Made by a program: the position numbers and the translations under genes
In this document: positions 9,246-18,670 of the stretch, piece by piece
How positions within the stretch are numbered: the stretch's first letter is position 1
How the letters are laid out: every line of letters starts with the position of its first letter
The notes under the pieces: generated by a model
The model's database searches: none
Told to the model about the DNA's origin: nothing
The model's input: only the letters and a program-made list of their open reading frames with translations
Sequence record: SRR22947727_1464
DNA: 55,831 nt
Direction: 5' to 3' (one strand)

Positions 9246-10075
9246 GCGTTTTTGACACCCGCCCCTGCAGCCTGGGCGAGGGTCCGCTCTGGCATCCCTT
9301 GCGCGGCGAGCTGTTCTGGTTTGACATCAACGCCCATCAATTGCTCAGCAAAACCGACATGTGGCAATTTGATGAATTTGTCTCTGCGGCTGGATGGATC
9401 AGCCGCGATGAGTTGCTCATCGCCTCTGAAAGTCAGCTGTTTCGCTTTCACCTGGGCGATCACAGTCAAACAAAACTCTGTGACCTCGAAGCGGACAATC
9501 CAATCACACGTTCCAATGATGGGCGCTGTGATCCGCAAGGTGGGTTTTGGATTGGCACGATGGGCAAGAAAGCAGAGGCCAAGGCCGGCGCGATATACCG
9601 ATATTATCGCGGTGATCTGGTGCAGCTGTTCCCTGAGATCACCATTCCCAATGCCATATGTTTTGCACCAGATGGGCAGACCGCCTATTTCACCGACACC
9701 CCGCTCCGGCAAATTCTTGCGGTCGATCTGGATGCAGATGGCTGGCCATGCAGCGCAGCGCGCGTGGCGGTGGATTTGACAGCAACAGCCGAGAACCCCG
9801 ACGGTGCCGTGGTGGATGCGCAGGGCAATATTTGGAACGCGCAATGGGGCGCCGGGCGCCTGGCCTGCTATAGCCCGCAAGGCGCTTTGTTAGAGACCCT
9901 GGACATTGGCGCGGCACAGGCCACATGCCCCGCCTTTGCCGGAGCCAGCGGCCGAATTTTTTGCACCAGCGCAACAGAAGGCATAGCGCCGGCAGAGCTC
10001 ACGGCATATGATGGCCAAACCTTCGCTGCCGAGGTCGCCGCTGTCGGACAGCTCGAACATCAAGTCATTTTGTGA
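9239..10075 (+). CDS. SMP-30/gluconolactonase family protein (candidate galactonolactonase)
   Basis: LGEGPLW, RSNDGRCDPQG, PNAICF, PDGAVVD motifs; operon context. Confidence 0.9.
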   Translation: MVSVFDTRPCSLGEGPLWHPLRGELFWFDINAHQLLSKTDMWQFDEFVSAAGWISRDELLIASESQLFRFHLGDHSQTKLCDLEADNPITRSNDGRCDPQGGFWIGTMGKKAEAKAGAIYRYYRGDLVQLFPEITIPNAICFAPDGQTAYFTDTPLRQILAVDLDADGWPCSAARVAVDLTATAENPDGAVVDAQGNIWNAQWGAGRLACYSPQGALLETLDIGAAQATCPAFAGASGRIFCTSATEGIAPAELTAYDGQTFAAEVAAVGQLEHQVIL

Positions 10076-10082
10076 GGTCCCA

Positions 10083-11963
10083 ATGAAACGCAGCCTCGGA
10101 GTTTGTTACTATCCAGAGCATTGGCCCGAAGAGATTTGGGCCCTTGATGCGCAGCAGATGGTTGAAACCGGTCTCGCTTGGGTGCGGATTGGCGAATTTG
10201 CTTGGTCGCGGCTTGAGCCGCAGCCTGGGCAGTTTGACTGGCGCTGGCTGGACCGCGCAATTGCGACTTTGGGCACTGCCGGGCTCAAGGTTATTTTGGG
10301 CACACCCACCGCCACCCCGCCGCGCTGGATGCTCGACAAATATCCAGACATGCTGGCCCGCAACAGCGCAGGCGAGGTCCGCAAATTTGGCTCGCGGCGC
10401 CATTATTGTTTTAGCCACGCAGCCTACCGAGACGAAGCCCGGCGGATCACGCGCCTCATGGCCGAACGCTATGGCGCGCACCCCAGTATTGCTGCATGGC
10501 AGACCGACAATGAGTATGATTGCCACGATACAGCCATTAGCTATTCTACCCATGCCAAACACGCCTTCCAAGACTGGTGCGCCCAGCGCTATCAAAGCCC
10601 ACAAGCGCTCAATGCGGCTTGGGGGAATGTGTTTTGGTCCATGGAATATGACAGTTTCGACCAGTTGGATCTGCCCAATCAAACCGTGACCGAACCAAAC
10701 CCCAGCCATGTCTTGGCCTTTCGCAGGTTCTCATCCGATCAAGTGGTATTGTTCAACCGCGTGCAATGTGACGAAATTCGCAAATATTCTGATCGTCCCA
10801 TCATTCATAATTTTATGGGCCGCATCACCGCCTTTGATCATTATGACCTGGGCGCAGATTTGGATATATCCTCTTGGGATAGCTACCCTATGGGGTTTTT
10901 GCTGGACCGCGTTGGCGCTGATGAAACCGCGCAGGCGCATTATTTGCGCCAAGGTGACCCAGACTTTCAAGCCTTCCACCATGATCTTTACCGCGCCACC
11001 TCCTCGGGGCGCTGGTGGGTGATGGAGCAACAGCCCGGCCCGGTCAACTGGGCCCCATGGAACCCCGCCCCCCTACCCGGCATGCCGCGACTTTGGGCTT
11101 GGGAGGCTTTTGCCCATGGCGCAGAAACCGTGTGCTATTTCCGCTGGCGGCAAGCGCCATTCGCCCAAGAGCAAATGCACGCAGGCCTTTTGCGGCCCGA
11201 TCGCAGCCCCGCCCCGGCCCTGGCTGAGGCCGCCCAGGTCGCAAAGGAGCTGGCAGAGGTGCCAGATGTTGGCACGGCAAAAGCCCCAGTGGCACTGGTG
11301 TTTGATTATGACAGCGCCTACGCTTGGGAAAGCCAGCCGCAAGGCGCAGATTTCGATTATTTCCAGTTGGTGTTTGACTGCTACCGCGCTTTGCGGCGGG
11401 CAGGGCTCTCGGTGGATGTCGTGCCCAAATCTGTGGATCCCAGCGCCTATGAAATCACCTTCGCCCCTGGCCTTTTGACAGTACCAGAAAGCCTGCAGGG
11501 CGGTCTGGTTGTGGCGGGGCCGCGGGCGGGGTCCAAAACCGAAGAGATGACGATCCCGGACGGTCTTGGACCTGATATTACAGGCCTGTCCACAAAGGTC
11601 ACCTTTGTCGAAAGCCTGCCGCCTTTTGCGCCGATGACCCTCGCCGGCGGTGGAGCTTTTATAAAATGGCGCGAAGCTCTTGAGACAACAGACACCGTGA
11701 TCTTGCACCTTGAGGAGGGCGCGCCCGCGGCTGTGCGCAACGGACAGATGATTTACATCGCAGGATGGCCAGATGCCGCCGGCTGGCGACGGATTTTGGA
11801 GATGCTCGCAGAGCAAGCCGGGCTTGATCTGATGGATTTGCCGCCAGATCTGCGCCTGCGGGAAACAGACAGCCATAGATTTTGGTTTAACTACGGCCCG
11901 CGCACTGTCACCTACCAACATATAACCCTGCCAGCCGCAGCTGTGCATTGGGAGGCCAAATAA
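10083..11963 (+). CDS. Beta-galactosidase, GH42 family
   Basis: GVCYYPEHW, RIGEFAWS, WQTDNEY, WVMEQQPG, YFRWR motifs. Confidence 0.95.
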   Translation: MKRSLGVCYYPEHWPEEIWALDAQQMVETGLAWVRIGEFAWSRLEPQPGQFDWRWLDRAIATLGTAGLKVILGTPTATPPRWMLDKYPDMLARNSAGEVRKFGSRRHYCFSHAAYRDEARRITRLMAERYGAHPSIAAWQTDNEYDCHDTAISYSTHAKHAFQDWCAQRYQSPQALNAAWGNVFWSMEYDSFDQLDLPNQTVTEPNPSHVLAFRRFSSDQVVLFNRVQCDEIRKYSDRPIIHNFMGRITAFDHYDLGADLDISSWDSYPMGFLLDRVGADETAQAHYLRQGDPDFQAFHHDLYRATSSGRWWVMEQQPGPVNWAPWNPAPLPGMPRLWAWEAFAHGAETVCYFRWRQAPFAQEQMHAGLLRPDRSPAPALAEAAQVAKELAEVPDVGTAKAPVALVFDYDSAYAWESQPQGADFDYFQLVFDCYRALRRAGLSVDVVPKSVDPSAYEITFAPGLLTVPESLQGGLVVAGPRAGSKTEEMTIPDGLGPDITGLSTKVTFVESLPPFAPMTLAGGGAFIKWREALETTDTVILHLEEGAPAAVRNGQMIYIAGWPDAAGWRRILEMLAEQAGLDLMDLPPDLRLRETDSHRFWFNYGPRTVTYQHITLPAAAVHWEAK

Positions 11964-12970
11964 TGCCAATCGCAAGCTTTGGACAGACGGCCGATGGGCG
12001 CGAGGTTCAAAAAATTTCCCTGCGCTCTGAACAGCTCACCGTCACCATCCTGACCCTCGGCGCGGTGATCAATGATGTTAGGCTGACCGGCGTGGCTTGG
12101 CCCCTCACGCTCGGCAGTCCAGATGTGGCAGGTTATGAGGGAAAATTGAGCAGCTTTGGCTCCTTCATGGGGCCGGTCATCAATCGGATCAAAGGCTGCA
12201 CCGCCGAGATTGATGGACAACGCTATACGTTTGAAAAGCACCATTCTGGCAATTTGACCCAACATTCCGGCAGCACCGGCATGCATCGGCAGATTTGGAG
12301 CATCGCCGAACATGGGCCCGACTATGTCGTTCTAACGTTGAGTTTATCCGATGGATTGGGCGGCTTTCCCGGCAACCGTGACATCACGCTGCGCTATGAC
12401 ATTGAGCGGGCCAGCCTAACCATGACCGCGACGGCCTCCAGCGATGCCCCCACTCCTTTCAACCCCGCCAATCATTCTTATTGGTCCTTGGACCCCACGC
12501 CTGGCTATGGGGGGCAAAAGCTTCAGATTGCCGCCGATCACTACAGCGAGCCGGATGCTGAGTTGATGCCCACCGGACGTATTTTGCCCGTGGACGACAG
12601 CCCCTATGATTTCCGCACCGGACGCAGTTTGGCAGGCGATGAAAGCGAATTTTATGATCTCAACCTCTGTCTTAGCTCAAGCAAAGCCGCGCTGCGCCCG
12701 ATTGCGAAGTTGACCGGACGGGAGGGGGTTTGCATGGAGATGGCCACAACCGAATGCGGGCTGCAACTCTACGACGGAGGGACAATTGACGGGCGCGATT
12801 ATCCAACCCATCACGGGGCACCCTATGGGCCCTATGCCGCACCTGCGCTTGAGGCACAAAGCTGGCCGGGCTCATTGGCGCAGACACATTTTCCCGATAT
12901 TATATTGCGCCCGGGCGCACCCTATCGGAAAATCACAAGCTGGACCTTCTCAGCCAAGCAGATAGGCTAG
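11963..12970 (+). CDS. galM: Aldose 1-epimerase (galactose mutarotase)
   Basis: GPVINRI, GFPGN, NHSYW, ALEAQ motifs; start overlaps the upstream stop (TAATG). Confidence 0.9.
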   Translation: MPIASFGQTADGREVQKISLRSEQLTVTILTLGAVINDVRLTGVAWPLTLGSPDVAGYEGKLSSFGSFMGPVINRIKGCTAEIDGQRYTFEKHHSGNLTQHSGSTGMHRQIWSIAEHGPDYVVLTLSLSDGLGGFPGNRDITLRYDIERASLTMTATASSDAPTPFNPANHSYWSLDPTPGYGGQKLQIAADHYSEPDAELMPTGRILPVDDSPYDFRTGRSLAGDESEFYDLNLCLSSSKAALRPIAKLTGREGVCMEMATTECGLQLYDGGTIDGRDYPTHHGAPYGPYAAPALEAQSWPGSLAQTHFPDIILRPGAPYRKITSWTFSAKQIG

Positions 12971-12995
12971 GTTTGAAGTTGAAAAGGTCTGATTC

Positions 12996-13490
12996 ATGAA
13001 TGACATCCTCATCCAGCCCCTAACCCAAGACGCTTTCGCGCCTTATGGTGATATTCTCACGCTGAAATCCACACCCGATAAGCTCATAAATCAAGGGCTT
13101 TGCGGCCGGCACCATGATTTGGCAGCGATGGATTTTGGACCGGACGGTCGGGCGGGTGTCAGCCTTTTTGACGCCACACCGCGCAGCCTGCCCTATGTTT
13201 TAGAGCTGGTGGAGCGGCATCCAGAGGGCTCGCAAGCCTTTATCCCCATGACCCAAAATCCTTTTTTGGTGATTGTGGCTCCAGATGAAAACGGCATTCC
13301 CGGCCGCCCCTTGGCCTTTCGCACAGAAGCTGGACAGGGCATAAATTTTCACCGCAATATCTGGCATGGTGTATTAACCCCCCTGTTCGCCCCTGGTCTA
13401 TTTGCGGTCGTGGATCGGATAGGCAATAGCGCGAATTTGCAAGAATACTGGTATGAAACACCCTTCACCGTCTCAGGAGATGTGACATGA
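12996..13490 (+). CDS. allA: Ureidoglycolate lyase
   Basis: AFAPYGD, INQG, ERHPEGSQAFIP, GQGINFHRNIWH motifs. Confidence 0.9.
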   Translation: MNDILIQPLTQDAFAPYGDILTLKSTPDKLINQGLCGRHHDLAAMDFGPDGRAGVSLFDATPRSLPYVLELVERHPEGSQAFIPMTQNPFLVIVAPDENGIPGRPLAFRTEAGQGINFHRNIWHGVLTPLFAPGLFAVVDRIGNSANLQEYWYETPFTVSGDVT

Positions 13491-14839
13491 AAGACATTCA
13501 AGAGCTCAAAGACCTCAACGCAAAGCAAATATGGCACCCGATGGGTCATCCCGGCGATTTACAAGCCAATGCGCCCACGATCATTGATCGCGCCGAGGGC
13601 GTTCGCATCACTGACATTGATGGCCATGAGACGATTGATGCCGTCGGCGGCCTGTGGTGCGCGAATTTGGGCTATTCCAATGATGTGGTGAAACAGGCAA
13701 TCTCAGACCAACTGTCCAAGCTTCCCTATTATTCCGCCTTCGCTGGCACCAGCAATGCCCCTGCGATTGAAGCGGCCGAAGCGGTGGTGAATTTCTTCAA
13801 ACCCGATGGCATGGCACGGGCATTCTTCACCTCTGGCGGCTCTGATTCGGTGGAAACCGCCCTGCGGTTGTCGCGCCAGTATCATCGCTTGCGCGGACAA
13901 CCTCAGCGGATCAAATTTCTCAGCCTTAAGAAAGGCTATCATGGCACGCATTTTGGCGGCGCCTCGGTGAATGGCAATGCAAGGTTCCGCACAGCCTATG
14001 AACCTTTGCTGCCAGGCTGTTATCACCTGCCGTCACCCTATAGCTATCGCAACCCGTTCAATGAAAGCGATCCGGCCAAGTTGGCGCAATTGGTGGCGCA
14101 AACCATGGAAGATGAGATCTTGTTTCAAGACCCCTCCACCATCGCCGCTTTCATCCTCGAACCGATCCAAGGCGCAGGCGGGGTGATCGTTTATCATGAG
14201 AGCTTCATGAAGCTGGCCCGCGATATTTGCGACAAATATGGCATCTTGATGATTTCGGATGAGGTGATCACTGGCTTTGGTCGCACGGGCGATTGGTCGG
14301 GCGCGCGCCATTGGGGCGTGCAACCGGATATGATGACCACGGCCAAGGGCATCACCTCCGCCTACTTCCCAGTTGGAGCCACTTTGCTGAATGCCAAAGT
14401 CGCCGAGACCTTTGAAAGCGATCAATCCGGTGAGGGCGGAATTTTCCATGGCTATACCTATTCGGCCCATCCCGTGGGCATGGCGGCGGTCAATGCCTGT
14501 TTGAGCGAGACCCTGCGTTTGGATCTCAAGAGCAACGCCGCAGCCCGCGGCACCCAGCTTTATAACGGATTAAAGACGCTGCAAGAGGAGTTTGATGTTA
14601 TCGGCGATGTGCGCGGCGGACATGGGTTGATGGCCGCGATTGAGCTGGTCTCTGATCGGGGCACAAAAACGCCGATGGACATACCCAGCCTTAAACGCGC
14701 CCATAGAGCCTGCTATCAATCTGGCACGATGGTGCGCATGGGCGGCAACAATCTTTTAATGTCTCCGCCCCTGACACTGACAGAGGCGGATGTGTCCAAA
14801 ATCTTGGATGATCTTCGAGTGGGCCTCAAAGCCATCTAA
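13487..14839 (+). CDS. Class III PLP-dependent aminotransferase (omega-amino acid type; substrate unknown)
   Basis: GGLW, SGGSDSVE, YHG, EPIQGAGG, DEVITGFGRTG, TAKG (PLP lysine), HGYTYS. Confidence 0.9.
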   Translation: MKDIQELKDLNAKQIWHPMGHPGDLQANAPTIIDRAEGVRITDIDGHETIDAVGGLWCANLGYSNDVVKQAISDQLSKLPYYSAFAGTSNAPAIEAAEAVVNFFKPDGMARAFFTSGGSDSVETALRLSRQYHRLRGQPQRIKFLSLKKGYHGTHFGGASVNGNARFRTAYEPLLPGCYHLPSPYSYRNPFNESDPAKLAQLVAQTMEDEILFQDPSTIAAFILEPIQGAGGVIVYHESFMKLARDICDKYGILMISDEVITGFGRTGDWSGARHWGVQPDMMTTAKGITSAYFPVGATLLNAKVAETFESDQSGEGGIFHGYTYSAHPVGMAAVNACLSETLRLDLKSNAAARGTQLYNGLKTLQEEFDVIGDVRGGHGLMAAIELVSDRGTKTPMDIPSLKRAHRACYQSGTMVRMGGNNLLMSPPLTLTEADVSKILDDLRVGLKAI

Positions 14840-14927
14840 AAGACCTCTGCATAACGCCATTTCACCAAAGGAATGAGAGCAGCGGTCAAAGTGTTTTGGC
14901 TTGGCTACTCTGTTATGCAGAGATCTT
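14840..14927. mobile_element. 88-bp MITE/REP-like element with 16-bp terminal inverted repeats
   Basis: AAGACCTCTGCATAAC (14840-14855) vs GTTATGCAGAGATCTT (14912-14927), one mismatch; left end identical over 27 bp to 55801-55827. No transposase and no clear target-site duplication. Confidence 0.6.
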
Positions 14928-14945
14928 CAGAGGTTGCAACTTTGC

Positions 14946-17900
14946 TTAACCCGCGCCCCAGCCGCCGCCGCCTGGGGTTGCCAATCCGAAAATGGATCCT
15001 GCGGGCAGGTCAATCTCGTCGTTTCCTTGCAAGGCGATCTTCCGACCATCCGGAAATTCCGCCCAATTTTCGCCCGTCGCGCCAGCGCCGCCGCCAGCAG
15101 CTCCGAAAGGTGGGATGGTGCGGTGAGAGCAGAGGGTTGTCACGGTCACATCGGTTAAAAACTCCAAACGCCGCAGCGCCCCATGCCCGCCGCGATAGGC
15201 GCCAGCCCCCCCTGATCCCCGCCGAATAGCAAAACTGCGCAGGCGCACCGGAAAACGGCTTTCCAAAATTTCAGGATCCGTCATTTTTGTGTTTGTCATA
15301 TGGGTTTGCACCGCATCACAGCCATCAAATCCTGGCCCAGCGCCCGTGCCGCCGGCGATGGTTTCATAGTTCTGGAACTCCGCATTGCCCCAGACAAAAT
15401 TATTCATCGTGCCCTGGCTGCCAGCCATAATACCCAGCGCTCCGATGAGGGCGTTGCAGGCCGCTTGGCTGACCTCTGTATTGCCTGCGATCACCGCAGC
15501 CGGATAGGCAGGGTTGAGCATCGAATTTTCCGGCACAATAATATCCAGCGGCTTAAGACAGCCCTCATTGAGCGGAATATTTTTACCCACCATCATGCGG
15601 AAGACATAGAGCACCACCGCGCGCGAGACGGCAAAAGGCGCGTTGTAATTGCCCGGATGCTGCCCACTGGTGCCGGTGAAATCGACGCAGGCCCGGCCAG
15701 CACCATGATCAATCTTCAGGGTGACTTTAATCTGTTGGCCGGTGTCCATAGGATAGACAAAGCTTCCGTCCTTTAGACCTGCGATGACTGCGCGCACGCT
15801 CTGTTCGGCATTGTCTTGCACATGCCCCATATAGGCCGTGACCGCCGCCGCCCCATAGCTGTCCACCATGCGCAACACTTCGCGCCGCCCCGTTTCATTG
15901 GCGGCAATCTGCGCCTTAAGATCGGCCATATTTTGCGAAATATTGCGACAGGGGTATCGGCCGGATGACAAGACGTCGATGGCGGCAGCCTCGCATAGGG
16001 TTCCGGCGCGGACCAATTGCACATTGTCAATCAGAACACCCTCTTCATCAATATGCCGGCTGTCGGGCGGCGCAGATCCCGGGGTGCGGCCACCAATATC
16101 CGCATGATGCCCCCGCGAGCCGAGCCAATAGGCCGGTTTTCCCGCGACAAAAACCGGCGTGACAACAGTGACATCTGGCAAATGCGTGCCGCCGTTATAG
16201 GGTGAGTTCAGCATGAAGGCATCGCCCTCTGCAATCGACGGGTTTTGCTGCATGACAGTTTTGATGCTGTCCGACATTGAGCCCAAATGCACCGGCACAT
16301 GCGGCGCATTGGCCACCAAATCCCCTTGTCCGTCAAAAATGGCACAGGAAAAATCAAAGCGCTCTTTGATATTCACCGACCAGCTTGTGTTGGCCAATGT
16401 GGCGCCCATTTGGTCTGCAATAGACATAAAGCGGTTCGACATCACCTCCAAAAGGATCGGATCGACCTTGGTGCTGGCCAGATCGCGGGGCGTGCGGGCC
16501 ACATGCTCCAAGATCAAATTCCCAAGCGCATCTTGCCGTGCTTGCCAGCCCGGCTCCACCACATTGGTCCCGGTGGGCTCAATAATTATGGCCGGACCCG
16601 AGATCACCTGATCTTTCCGCAAACGACCGCGATCATAGACTTGGGTCTCATGCCAGGTTTTGCGATACAGCCGGCTTTCACCAATAGGCGCGCCCGCGCC
16701 AAAGCTCTGGGCTGGGCTCGCCGCCTGGGTCATCTCGCCAATCGCCTCAACACTGAGCATCTCATATTGCAGCTTACGATCGGGCGAGGCGAAGCCAAAG
16801 CGCGCCATATGCGCGGCCTCAAAATCTTGGACCATCTGCTGTTGCGTGCCATAGGCGACGCCCAAAGATTGATGAGAGCCCTCATAGCGCAAATGCGCCG
16901 TGATTTCGAGCCGCGGATCGGTGATGCCTTGGCTCAGCAACTCGCCGCGTGCCGCCGCTTGCAAGGATGCCAACCGAGCCACCACCTGATCCTCATCCGA
17001 CAAATCGCAGTCCAATTGCCCTTCTCGCAGACAACGCACATCGGCCAGCCCCATGCCATAGGCAGAGAGAACGCCCGCAAAAGGATGGACCATCACCCGC
17101 GACATACCCAGCGCTTCGGCCACCAGACAGGCATGCTGCCCTCCGGCCCCACCAAAGCTCTGAAGCGTATAGGAGGTGATATCATGGCCACGCTCTACGC
17201 TGATTTTCTTGATCGCATTGGCCATATTCTGCACGGCGATGTCCAAAAATCCCTGCGCCATATCTTCCGCAGTACCCTCCAAACCATGCCGTGCCGCCAA
17301 GGCTTCGATCCGCGCAACAGCCGCCTCGGCATCCAAGGGCAAGGTGCCGCAGGCCCCAAAAACAGCCGGGAAATAATCCGCCGACAAAGCGCCCAAGATC
17401 ACATTGCAATCCGTCACAGTCAAAGGCCCGCCCCGACGATAGCTGGCCGGGCCAGGATCGGCGCCGGCGCTTTCGGGTCCCACTTGGAATCGGCCGTCGC
17501 GGTAGCTACAAATCGAGCCGCCACCAGCCGCCACGGTGTGAATATCCATCATCGGCGCCCGCATCCGCACCCCGGCCACTTCCGTCTCAAAACTGCGCTC
17601 AAATTTGCCCGCAAAATGACTGACATCGGTGGAGGTGCCGCCCATGTCAAAACCAATCAGCTGATCAAAACCGGCGTGTTGGCCGGTTTGCACCATGCCG
17701 ACAATTCCCCCTGCCGGACCAGATAGGATCGCGTCCTTGCCTTGGAATTTACGCGCATCTGTGAGCCCGCCGTTTGACTGCATAAACATCAATGCCTGGC
17801 AATTTCCCCCGACATTCAAAGCCCCCGCCACCTGATCGACATAGCGCCGCAAGATTGGAGAGAGATAGGCGTCGACCACGGTGGTGTCACCGCGCCCAAC

Positions 17901-18491
17901 CAGCTTGGCCAGACCAGAGACCTTATGGGAGGCCGAGACTTGCGTAAAGCCAAGCTCGGCGGCCAACTGTGCCAATTGCTGCTCATGCACCGGATTCAGA
18001 TAGGCATGGAGCAGCGCGATTGCGATGGAGTCGATCCCCGCCGCACGGGCCGCCTCCATATCGGCGCGCGCGCGGGACAGGTCCAAGGGTGTCAGAACTG
18101 TACCGGCCGCATCAAGGCGCTCGGACACCTCGACAACGCTGTCAAAAAGCAACTCTGGGCGCGAAATTTGCATGGCAAACAAATCGGGTCGGGTCTGATA
18201 TCCGATTTCAAGCAGATCTCCAAAACCCTCAGTGATCATCAAAAGCACTCTTGCGCCCTTACGTTCCAACAAAGCATTGGTGGCCACAGTTGTGCCCATC
18301 TTCACCGCGGCAATATCGGCCTCTTCCAGCTCTGTATCGGCGAGTATGTGACGTATTCCAGCGACGGCGGCATCAATGTATTGCTCTGGGTTTTCAGACA
18401 AAAGCTTGTGACTGTGAAGCACGCCAGCCGGATCTTGCGCCACGATATCCGTGAACGTGCCTCCGCGATCGACCCAAAATTCCCATGCCAT
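14946..18491 (-). CDS. oplA: ATP-dependent 5-oxoprolinase, fused hydantoinase A/B type
   Basis: DRGGTFTD, GTTVATNALLE, SGPAGG, DMGGTSTD, HVPVHLGSM, GGTHLPD, HHADIGG, TPGGGG motifs; start ATG 18491 after AAGGAG. Confidence 0.88.
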   Translation of the reverse strand: MAWEFWVDRGGTFTDIVAQDPAGVLHSHKLLSENPEQYIDAAVAGIRHILADTELEEADIAAVKMGTTVATNALLERKGARVLLMITEGFGDLLEIGYQTRPDLFAMQISRPELLFDSVVEVSERLDAAGTVLTPLDLSRARADMEAARAAGIDSIAIALLHAYLNPVHEQQLAQLAAELGFTQVSASHKVSGLAKLVGRGDTTVVDAYLSPILRRYVDQVAGALNVGGNCQALMFMQSNGGLTDARKFQGKDAILSGPAGGIVGMVQTGQHAGFDQLIGFDMGGTSTDVSHFAGKFERSFETEVAGVRMRAPMMDIHTVAAGGGSICSYRDGRFQVGPESAGADPGPASYRRGGPLTVTDCNVILGALSADYFPAVFGACGTLPLDAEAAVARIEALAARHGLEGTAEDMAQGFLDIAVQNMANAIKKISVERGHDITSYTLQSFGGAGGQHACLVAEALGMSRVMVHPFAGVLSAYGMGLADVRCLREGQLDCDLSDEDQVVARLASLQAAARGELLSQGITDPRLEITAHLRYEGSHQSLGVAYGTQQQMVQDFEAAHMARFGFASPDRKLQYEMLSVEAIGEMTQAASPAQSFGAGAPIGESRLYRKTWHETQVYDRGRLRKDQVISGPAIIIEPTGTNVVEPGWQARQDALGNLILEHVARTPRDLASTKVDPILLEVMSNRFMSIADQMGATLANTSWSVNIKERFDFSCAIFDGQGDLVANAPHVPVHLGSMSDSIKTVMQQNPSIAEGDAFMLNSPYNGGTHLPDVTVVTPVFVAGKPAYWLGSRGHHADIGGRTPGSAPPDSRHIDEEGVLIDNVQLVRAGTLCEAAAIDVLSSGRYPCRNISQNMADLKAQIAANETGRREVLRMVDSYGAAAVTAYMGHVQDNAEQSVRAVIAGLKDGSFVYPMDTGQQIKVTLKIDHGAGRACVDFTGTSGQHPGNYNAPFAVSRAVVLYVFRMMVGKNIPLNEGCLKPLDIIVPENSMLNPAYPAAVIAGNTEVSQAACNALIGALGIMAGSQGTMNNFVWGNAEFQNYETIAGGTGAGPGFDGCDAVQTHMTNTKMTDPEILESRFPVRLRSFAIRRGSGGAGAYRGGHGALRRLEFLTDVTVTTLCSHRTIPPFGAAGGGAGATGENWAEFPDGRKIALQGNDEIDLPAGSIFGLATPGGGGWGAG

Positions 18492-18670
18492 TGTCTGCTC
18501 CTTCTGTCTGTCCTGCACAAAGGCCGCAAACGCCCCTCGGGTCAAGAGGAGGATCCCCGAAATGCAGCCGTTTGGATTTCAACTAAATTGTTCACATTTG
18601 AAACCAGAGGATAAGGTCTCATTAATATTTACCTGTGAGAAAGCTGCCAAGCGCATTTTGGAGACCTGTT

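Noticed and set aside
14838..14927. CRISPR repeat interpretation of the 27-bp duplicated sequence
   Set aside because: Only two copies 41 kb apart, no spacer periodicity and no cas genes.
16287..17726. 479-aa plus-strand ORF (and similar long ORFs such as 11073-11975, 39857-40777, 46756-47664)
   Set aside because: Entirely antisense to well-supported genes, with no recognisable motifs; expected from codon bias in GC-rich DNA.
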